The notes under the pieces were generated by a model. That model ran no database searches. It saw only the letters and a list, made by a program, of their open reading frames with translations, and was not told where the DNA came from. A stretch of 64,000 nucleotides of DNA from assembly GCA_002483085.1 (NCBI GenBank), contig DLHF01000080.1, forward strand, positions 223 through 64,222, given 5' to 3'. This DNA is from Ignavibacteria bacterium UBA7675. GTDB taxonomy: Bacteria; Bacteroidota; Ignavibacteria; Kapaibacteriales; UB7675. The position numbers and the translations under genes are program-made. This document shows, piece by piece, positions 57,056-64,000 of this stretch (the stretch's first letter is position 1; every line of letters starts with the position of its first letter).

Positions 57056-57250
57056 TGTGGCACGGGCGTCGCTGCTCCGGCGCTTGGTCGCTGTCGCCGG
57101 TCGCACATCCGGCTTGCGGTTGGCCTCCGTTGTTCGCTTTCTTTTGCTGCGGCGGAGGCCGAACAGCCATGCGGTGTTTCACCGCGATTATAGCTGTAAG
57201 AACAGTTCGCGGGCGAGTTTACGATCATTGCTTCGCAGTGCGGAGACACA
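57056..57250 (-). repeat. Composite MITE-like element (reverse orientation): R module R6 (57056-57106) plus L1-like module (57190-57250)
   Basis: Reverse complement gives ...TCGTAAACTCGCCCGCGAACTGTTCTTACAG... followed about 80 nt later by GTGCGACCGGCGACAGCGACCAAGCGCCGGAGCAGCGACGCCCGTGCCACAAACC. Same architecture as copy C at 46823-47025. Confidence 0.6.
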
Positions 57251-57422
57251 GAGGGAGGCAAAAGCTGAAGCGCTATCGCTATAGCCTCTGCACTCTTGGC
57301 TGCTCGCGCAACTATGGTCTACACCGGTTGGGATGATAGTTGAAAGTATGGAGCCGATTGAGCATCCTTATGTATATAGTAGCTGGACTGTATTCGATGA
57401 GTATGGTGAATCTTTTTTATAG

Positions 57423-58262
57423 GTGCCCATGACAAAGGACACAACGGAGATAGAGATACACCTGCTGTTGGAAGCACTGTACCGGAAATACGGCTACGAC
57501 TTTCGGCAGTATTCCGAAGCGCACATTCGGCGTAGGCTGATGAACAGGCTTGCGCTTTGTGGCTTGCAGACAATCAGCGAGATGCAGAGCAGGGTGCTGC
57601 ACGACAGAGAATTCGCCGCCGTGCTGTTGCAAGATTTATCCATCACTGTCACAGAGATGTTCCGCGATGCCGAGTTCTACCGAGCTATACGGCAGAGCGT
57701 AGTGCCTATCCTCAAAACCTATTCATTTGTCAAAATATGGCATGCTGGCTGTTCTACCGGACAGGAGGCGTATTCTATGGCGATTCTACTACAGGAAGAA
57801 GGGCTCTACGAGCGAACTACCATGTATGCCACAGACTTCAACCAGCGGGCACTCGACCAAGCGCGCGAGGGTATTTATGCCAATGAGCAGATGAAGGAGT
57901 ACACAGCCAATTATCAGCGGTCTGGTGGCCGGGAAGCATTTTCTGATTATTATACTTCCAACTACAACATGGCGATCATGGAAGCCTCACTGAAGAAAAA
58001 TATCGTGTGGGCTCATCATAATCTGGTGACCGACAGTGTTTTTGCGGAAGTACACATGATTATGTGCCGCAATGTATTGATTTATTTCAACAGCGACCTA
58101 CAGAGCAAGGTACAACACCTTTTTCGGGATAGCTTGACTCACGGCGGCATCTTATGCCTCGGCTCAAAGGAAAGCCTGCGCTTTAGCGGGCTTGCCGAAG
58201 AGTACATAGAACTCGACAAGGTGCAAAAAATTTTCAAGAAGAAATACCCGGGTGGCGAATGA
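57423..58262 (+). CDS. cheR: Chemotaxis-type protein-glutamate O-methyltransferase
   Basis: CheR N-domain plus SAM-methyltransferase domain (IWHAGCSTGQEAYSMAILL; ...VLIYFN...). Confidence 0.85.
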   Translation: MPMTKDTTEIEIHLLLEALYRKYGYDFRQYSEAHIRRRLMNRLALCGLQTISEMQSRVLHDREFAAVLLQDLSITVTEMFRDAEFYRAIRQSVVPILKTYSFVKIWHAGCSTGQEAYSMAILLQEEGLYERTTMYATDFNQRALDQAREGIYANEQMKEYTANYQRSGGREAFSDYYTSNYNMAIMEASLKKNIVWAHHNLVTDSVFAEVHMIMCRNVLIYFNSDLQSKVQHLFRDSLTHGGILCLGSKESLRFSGLAEEYIELDKVQKIFKKKYPGGE

Positions 58263-58831
58263 TATATCGGGCGATTGTCATAGGAGCTTCCGCAGGGGGG
58301 CTACACGCTATCAAGACTATTGTGAGCGCTCTGCCGAGCGGTTTCCGGCTACCCATTGCTATTGTGCAGCATTTGAGCCCTCTTACAGACAATTACTGGA
58401 TTAGTATGGTAGATAAGCTCAGTGCTATTGCCGTAAAAGAGGCCGACGAGAAAGAAAAGCTCGAAGCGGGCACAGTGTATATCGCTCCAGCCAATTACCA
58501 CTTGTTAGTAGAGCGCGACGAAACATTGTCGCTAAGTATAGATCCGAAAGTAAATTATGCGCGGCCCGCCATCGACACCCTATTTGAATCGGCTGCCGAC
58601 GTATTCAGGCAGCAATTGGTTGGGGTAGTGCTTACGGGTTCCAATAGCGATGGTGCTTTGGGGCTACGCCGGATAAAGGAATGTGGTGGGCTGGCAGTTG
58701 TGCAGGAACCAGGTACAGCAGAAGCAGGTTACATGCCCGAAGCTGCTATTGCCGCTACACAGGTGGACTATATCTTGCCTTTGGAAAAAATTGCCAGTTT
58801 GTTCATTTCTATACATCAACAGACGCTATGA
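58259..58831 (+). CDS. cheB: Protein-glutamate methylesterase, catalytic domain only (no REC)
   Basis: AIVIGASAGGLHAIKTIVSALP...IAIVQHL...DGALGL matches the CheB_methylest domain. Overlaps cheR by ATGA. Confidence 0.85.
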   Translation: MIYRAIVIGASAGGLHAIKTIVSALPSGFRLPIAIVQHLSPLTDNYWISMVDKLSAIAVKEADEKEKLEAGTVYIAPANYHLLVERDETLSLSIDPKVNYARPAIDTLFESAADVFRQQLVGVVLTGSNSDGALGLRRIKECGGLAVVQEPGTAEAGYMPEAAIAATQVDYILPLEKIASLFISIHQQTL

Positions 58832-61800
58832 ACTCATCCATAAAAACAAAGTTGCTCGGGGGATATAGCATTCTGCTAGTACTATTGATTGCAGCAGTAT
58901 TGGTGGGAGTGCGCGCGCTGTCGGAAACAAACGACCGGCTGGACTACTTGGTAAGTGTTTCGGCACACCGCAGATATCTTTCCCAAACAGTACTTATAAA
59001 TGTCTTGCAAGCTGCGCGGCACGAAAAAAATATCATACTGGAAAGCGATCCGGCAAAGAAGAGCCGCTATCGTGAACTCATTGAGGCCAGCAAAGAGGCC
59101 GTTGATAAAAATATTAATGAGTTGCAGCATGTCGTGGACAAAGATGGTCGGACGACACTATACCGGGTCAGTACTTTGTGGAGTAATTACCAAGACGACT
59201 TGGAGAGCATTATTACTCTGGCAATGAAAAATGAAACTGATGCTGCATACCGTATATCGATAGAGACTGGTGCGCCGGTTCGCGAGTCGGTGGTCCGGCT
59301 GTTGGAGCAAATTGTTGCCGAGAGTGAGGATAGCATCGCCAAGGAGGTAGCGGCGAGCGACGCGGCTTATCAGTCGTCGCTTCAGTTGATCATTATAGTG
59401 ATTCTCATTAGCTTGCTTGCTGCTGGTATCCTAGCCTACTGGATTGTACAAAGCATTGCAAAGAGAATTGCCTTTATTACGGAGCAGGGCGAAAGAATCG
59501 CCAGCCGGGAGTTTTTCGAAGAAATAAAAAATGATCGTATAAAAGACGAACTCTCTCCGGTGTTTTATGCCTTATCCAGCATCGTAAACAGTTTCAGGGA
59601 CATTACAGCCAATGCGAACAAAGTAGCCGCAGGCAACTATTCAATTGAGATAGAGCCCAGATCGGACAAAGATATTCTCGGGCTTTCTCTGCGAAAAATG
59701 GTGACATCGCTGCGGGGTGCGACTGCTGAAAATCAGCGCCACAACTGGCTCACCCAGGGCCAGAACCAGCTCAACGAGCAGCTTCGTGGCGACAGGAGCG
59801 TGCAGAGCCTTGCCTCGGACGTCGTCTCTTTTTTGTGCAACTATTTGCAGGCTCCTCTTGGCGCGATTTATCTGGTGGAAGGGGCCATGCTCGAACTCGC
59901 TGGTGCCTTTGCTCTATCAGAGCAGAGTGCTCCCCGGAGATTTGCTCTTGGCGAAGGGCTGCCTGGCCAGGCTGCACGCGAGCAGAAACTACTGCTGCTC
60001 ACCGATGTAGAGGATAGCTCTCTGCGCGTATCCTCCGCCCTTGTAGATGCTCGCCCAGCACATCTTACCGTGTCTCCCTTTACACTCGAAGGGACTACCA
60101 TTGGCGTGGTTGAAATAGGACGGTTCACTCCGTTTACGACCACAGAACTAGAATTCTTGACGGCTGCTATGGAAAGCATTGCGATAAGCTGCAATTCGGC
60201 TGTTGCCAGAGTGCGTATCCAGGAGCTTTTAGAAGAAACCCAGAAACAGAGCGAAGAACTCCAAATCCAGCAAGAAGAGCTGCGGCAAGTCAACGAGGAA
60301 TTGGAAGAACAAGCTCAGAGCCTGAAACAGCAGCAAGAGGAATTGCAGATTACCAACGAGGAATTAGAAGAACAAGCTCATACCCTTGAGACTAAAAACA
60401 GAGAATTAGAGTTCGCTCGTACCGATATCGAACGAAAGAGCCGACAGTTGGAAATAAGCAGCAAGTACAAGTCCGAATTCTTGGCGAATATGTCGCATGA
60501 GCTGCGTACTCCGCTGAACAGCCTGCTCATTTTGTCGAACCATTTGGCAGAGAATAAGCAGCAGAATCTATTGCAAGACCAAGTAGAGAGTGCCGAGATT
60601 ATTTACAAGAGTGGCTGCGATCTTTTGGCTCTTATCAATGAAGTGCTCGATTTGTCCAAAATCGAAGCCGGCAAAATGGGTGTAAATCCAGAGAAAGTAT
60701 GGCTGAAGAGCTTTGCCGACAACCTCTACCGCACATTCAGGCTTCAAGCCGAGGAACGAGGTATCGTGCTCGCTGTAAATCTCGCGGATGATCTTCCCGA
60801 GTTTATTGTGAGTGACAACCAAAGGCTGGAGCAGGTACTGAAAAATCTACTGTCTAATGCTTTGAAATTTACTCATCAGGGATCAGTTACTGTTGCTATT
60901 TCACGCCAAGCTGGCAGCGTGCTTTCTATTGCTGTACAGGATACGGGCATTGGCATACCTGATGACAAGCTACTGGCTGTGTTTGAAGCATTCCAGCAGG
61001 CCGATGGCAGTACCGCCCGAAAATACGGTGGTACCGGGCTTGGCCTTGCTATTTCGCGTGAACTCACCAAACTGCTCAACGGCGAAATATCTGTAGTGAG
61101 CGTTGTAAATGAAGGGTCGACATTTACACTTACCATTCCTTTCGAACTCACCGGAGTCCATCCTGTGATGCCCCTAAAGGAGTCTGCGCCTCCTTCCGTA
61201 CTGCCTCCTCCTGCAAGCAGCGCAAAATTTCTGCACTATCCAGCAATTGACGACGATAGAGAAGATATACAAGGGGATGACAAAGTTGTCCTGGTTATCG
61301 AGGACGACCTGAAATTTGCGGAGATACTTCTGAAGCAAGCTCACACCAAAAAGTTTAAGTGTATTGCTGCTGCCACAGGCGAGGACGGCTTGGCGCTGGT
61401 AGCACAGTATCGAGTAGACGCTATTATCCTTGATTTAGACCTGCCTGGCATGAGTGGCCACGATGTGCTGGCCGAGCTCAAATCTACGCCCAGGCTCAGG
61501 CATATTCCTGTGCATATTATGTCGGTAAACGAGCGCACGCTGGGGCCCATAAAAGGGGGTGCTGTGGAATATCTCACAAAACCCGTCGATAAAGGGCTGC
61601 TCGAAGAAGCATTCAACAGAATAGAGAATTTTATCAGCAGAAAAATGAAAAATCTGCTGATAGTAGAGGACGATCCAAATTCCCGGACGGCGATAAGAAA
61701 GCTGATAGGCAATGGCGATGTTACATGTTTTGAGGCAGAGACAGGACAGCAGGCTTTGCAGATACTCGGCGAACAGCATATTGACTGTATTGTGCTTGAT

Positions 61801-62451
61801 CTCGGGCTGTCGGATATGACGGGCTTTGATTTTATCTATACATTGGAAAATATGCGTGAGCGTGCTATTCCTCCTATTATTATTTACACAGGCCGGGAGC
61901 TTAGCAGAGAAGAAAACGAAGAATTGGAGAAATACGCCGAGACAGTTATTATCAAAGGCGTGAAGTCCGAAGAAAGGCTTTTGGACGAAACTGCTCTTTT
62001 CTTGCACAGGACTATTGGCAATATGCCTGCTGCCAAGCAGCAGATAATTACTGACCTGTACGACCGGGAGCTTCTGCTCCACGGGAAAACTGTACTGCTG
62101 GTGGACGACGACATGCGCAACGTGTTTGCTTTGTCTAGAGTGCTAAAGGAACGTGGGATGGAAGTTGTGAAGGCAGAGAACGGGGCAAAAGCTCTTGAAA
62201 TGCTGGAAAGTCAGCCCGGAATTCATCTGGTGCTTATGGATATTATGATGCCAGTGATGGATGGGTATGAAGCAATGCGCCGCATCCGAACGCATGAAAT
62301 CTTTCGGCATCTGCCGATCATTGCGCTAACGGCAAAGGCGATGAAGGACGACAGGCAGAAGTGCCTTGATGCCGGAGCAAATGATTATATTACAAAACCT
62401 GTAGACTTGGAACGATTGCTCTCCTTGTTGCGTGTGTGGCTGAGCAAATAA
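58828..62451 (+). CDS. Hybrid sensor histidine kinase: TM - 4HB_MCP-like sensor - TM - HAMP - GAF - QEEL/NEEL glutamate-rich coiled coil - HisKA - HATPase - REC x3
   Basis: Start refined to ATG 58828 (MNSSIKTKLLGG), overlapping the cheB stop (ATGA). The track ORF starts in-frame upstream inside cheB. H-box ANMSHELRTPLN. HATPase G-boxes. Three receiver domains with phospho-acceptor contexts (ILDLDLPGMSG, IVLDLGLSDMTG, VLMDIMMPVMDG). Coiled coil SEELQIQQEELRQVNEELEEQAQSLKQQQEELQITNEELEEQAHTLETKNRELE. Confidence 0.85.
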   Translation: MNSSIKTKLLGGYSILLVLLIAAVLVGVRALSETNDRLDYLVSVSAHRRYLSQTVLINVLQAARHEKNIILESDPAKKSRYRELIEASKEAVDKNINELQHVVDKDGRTTLYRVSTLWSNYQDDLESIITLAMKNETDAAYRISIETGAPVRESVVRLLEQIVAESEDSIAKEVAASDAAYQSSLQLIIIVILISLLAAGILAYWIVQSIAKRIAFITEQGERIASREFFEEIKNDRIKDELSPVFYALSSIVNSFRDITANANKVAAGNYSIEIEPRSDKDILGLSLRKMVTSLRGATAENQRHNWLTQGQNQLNEQLRGDRSVQSLASDVVSFLCNYLQAPLGAIYLVEGAMLELAGAFALSEQSAPRRFALGEGLPGQAAREQKLLLLTDVEDSSLRVSSALVDARPAHLTVSPFTLEGTTIGVVEIGRFTPFTTTELEFLTAAMESIAISCNSAVARVRIQELLEETQKQSEELQIQQEELRQVNEELEEQAQSLKQQQEELQITNEELEEQAHTLETKNRELEFARTDIERKSRQLEISSKYKSEFLANMSHELRTPLNSLLILSNHLAENKQQNLLQDQVESAEIIYKSGCDLLALINEVLDLSKIEAGKMGVNPEKVWLKSFADNLYRTFRLQAEERGIVLAVNLADDLPEFIVSDNQRLEQVLKNLLSNALKFTHQGSVTVAISRQAGSVLSIAVQDTGIGIPDDKLLAVFEAFQQADGSTARKYGGTGLGLAISRELTKLLNGEISVVSVVNEGSTFTLTIPFELTGVHPVMPLKESAPPSVLPPPASSAKFLHYPAIDDDREDIQGDDKVVLVIEDDLKFAEILLKQAHTKKFKCIAAATGEDGLALVAQYRVDAIILDLDLPGMSGHDVLAELKSTPRLRHIPVHIMSVNERTLGPIKGGAVEYLTKPVDKGLLEEAFNRIENFISRKMKNLLIVEDDPNSRTAIRKLIGNGDVTCFEAETGQQALQILGEQHIDCIVLDLGLSDMTGFDFIYTLENMRERAIPPIIIYTGRELSREENEELEKYAETVIIKGVKSEERLLDETALFLHRTIGNMPAAKQQIITDLYDRELLLHGKTVLLVDDDMRNVFALSRVLKERGMEVVKAENGAKALEMLESQPGIHLVLMDIMMPVMDGYEAMRRIRTHEIFRHLPIIALTAKAMKDDRQKCLDAGANDYITKPVDLERLLSLLRVWLSK

Positions 62452-62460
62452 CAACGAAAC

Positions 62461-63588
62461 ATGAGATTCATGGACAAAAAACCAAAAATACTTATTGTTG
62501 ATGACAGGCCCGAAAACCTCGTGGCTTTGGAAGTGATTCTAGAGGATATGGACGTTGAATTGGTAAGAGCCACCAGCGGCAACGAAGCGCTGAAGCATAC
62601 GCTCTACCATGATTTCGCTCTTGCTCTGCTCGATATTCAAATGCCCGAAATGGATGGCTACGAATTGGCGAGCATCCTGCGCGCAGAAGAGAAAACGAGC
62701 CGCCTGCCGTTTATCTTTATTTCTGCGGTGTACACCGATCATGTCGATGTGTTCAAAGGGTATGAAAAAGGTGCCTTCAGTTGTATTACCAAGCCTTTCC
62801 AACCTGAGATGCTGCTCAATAAGGTGAAGTTCTTTATTGAAAAACACCAGCAGGATATGGTGATGTATCAGCTCAGCAGGAATCTGAAAAAAAAAAATAC
62901 CGATCTGGAAGAAATGAACCGCGAATTAGAGTCTTTTACCTACTCTGTTTCCCACGATTTGCGGGCGCCACTGCGGGCAATCAACGGATATACGGAGATT
63001 CTGCGGCGATCTTACGAACCGACTCTCGACGATAGAGGAAAAAGGCTTTTGGACAAGATTAGCCTGAATACAGAGCGCATGGGAGTGCTGATAGAAAATC
63101 TCTTGGCTTTTTCGCAGCTCGACAGGCGAAATGTGCATAAGGCACAGGTGGATATGAATGCTTTGGTTCGAGAAGTGCTTGACGAAGTACATGCGAGCAT
63201 GCCGTATGTGAGGCCACAAGTACGTATAGCAGAGCTGCAATCCGCGATGGGAGACAGAGAGCTTCTGCGCCAAGTGCTCGTCAATCTGATTGGCAACGCG
63301 TTCAAGTATTCGGGTAAGAAAGAAGAGCCGGTAGTCGAGATTGGTCGTGATGTTGTCGGCGGTGAAGCGGTGTTTTATGTAAAAGACAATGGGGTAGGAT
63401 TCGATATGGAGCAGGCCGGAAGAGTGTTCGGAGTATTTCAGCGGCTGCATGAAGCATCGGAATTCGAGGGCACGGGAATAGGTCTCGCCATTGTAGAGCG
63501 CATTATTTCTCACCACGGTGGGCGTGTCTGGGCGGAAGCAGAGGTGAACAAGGGTGCTTCATTCTATTTTACTGTTCCTGCCGAATAA
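62461..63588 (+). CDS. Response regulator / histidine kinase fusion (REC-HisKA-HATPase)
   Basis: N-terminal REC KILIVDDRPENL...LLDIQMPEMDG. H-box SVSHDLRAPLRAI. HATPase GTGIGLAIVERII. Confidence 0.85.
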   Translation: MRFMDKKPKILIVDDRPENLVALEVILEDMDVELVRATSGNEALKHTLYHDFALALLDIQMPEMDGYELASILRAEEKTSRLPFIFISAVYTDHVDVFKGYEKGAFSCITKPFQPEMLLNKVKFFIEKHQQDMVMYQLSRNLKKKNTDLEEMNRELESFTYSVSHDLRAPLRAINGYTEILRRSYEPTLDDRGKRLLDKISLNTERMGVLIENLLAFSQLDRRNVHKAQVDMNALVREVLDEVHASMPYVRPQVRIAELQSAMGDRELLRQVLVNLIGNAFKYSGKKEEPVVEIGRDVVGGEAVFYVKDNGVGFDMEQAGRVFGVFQRLHEASEFEGTGIGLAIVERIISHHGGRVWAEAEVNKGASFYFTVPAE

Positions 63589-63957
63589 ATACCGAATATC
63601 TGACTTTTGTAATCCTTCTTTCTGTCATATTTTCGCACTTTCTTTTGAAGAGAACAGCACATGTGGATTGAAATATCCGCTTCGGTGAGAGAGCTACATT
63701 CCACAATTTTATGCCGCTGTTTAAGTTCTGTCAGTACGGTGCCGATAAGCAAATAATGTTGTAAATAAAAGAGCGATGAGCAGATATCCATACTGCACTG
63801 GTATAGAGTGTTGGTAGGCTGCACAACATACACCACTCAACAGCGAACTTTTCTTATAGGGTGGATACACTATATAGCGCTATTATGCGGATAGCAGATA
63901 GTGATATTGATACAGCGAGAGGAATACTGTAGCATATAACGAAAGCAGGACGGAACT

Positions 63958-64000
63958 ATGAACACACGGCCAAAAATTCTCATAGTCGATGACAGACCAG
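63958..64000 (+). CDS. Response-regulator receiver protein, 5' partial (runs off the window end)
   Basis: MNTRPKILIVDDRP... closely parallels the N-terminus of the preceding REC-HK (KPKILIVDDRPENL). Confidence 0.5.
   Translation, partial: MNTRPKILIVDDRP

Noticed and set aside
12345-57106. Possibility that the repeated GCGACCGG...GTGCCACA units are a CRISPR array
   Set aside because: Copies are dispersed across 45 kb in separate intergenic regions and in both orientations, not regularly spaced direct repeats with unique spacers. No cas genes are present.
58681-58830. ORF-track start of the hybrid kinase at 58681
   Set aside because: That start lies inside cheB in another frame. The ATG at 58828 yields a proper N-terminus (MNSSIKTK...TM helix) and ATGA coupling to cheB.

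Overview
64 kb chromosomal segment, roughly mid-50s % GC by eye, that most likely comes from a T9SS-bearing lineage (Bacteroidota / Ignavibacteriota / Rhodothermota-like). The basis is six secreted proteins ending in Por/T9SS C-terminal sorting domains, SprB-type Ig repeats, and a TonB receptor paired with a DUF4249 lipoprotein. Housekeeping genes are interleaved: rpe, msrB, prfA, gcvH, accC, accB, efp, a tRNA-Cys, dnaB, hflX, an aspartate aminotransferase, TrmH- and Sun-family RNA methyltransferases, an MDR oxidoreductase, an LD-carboxypeptidase, two amidohydrolases and a Lon-like protease. No rRNA, CRISPR array, integrase or transposase was seen. Main items for a second look: (1) a chemotaxis-free cheR-cheB-hybrid kinase module at the right end; the kinase has an MCP-like four-helix-bundle sensor and a QEEL/NEEL glutamate-rich coiled coil, and the module runs on through further REC-containing kinases past the window edge; (2) a modular dispersed intergenic repeat family with at least 9 copies of a ~50-nt module plus two other conserved modules, behaving like REP/MITE elements; (3) a promoter- and terminator-bounded structured sRNA candidate downstream of prfA; (4) a SUKH/Smi1-Knr4-type immunity-like orphan gene; (5) a frameshifted, internally deleted DarG-like macro-domain gene remnant; (6) a 5'-partial-free but 3'-truncated giant adhesin paralogue at the left edge that the ORF track omits because it has no in-window stop.
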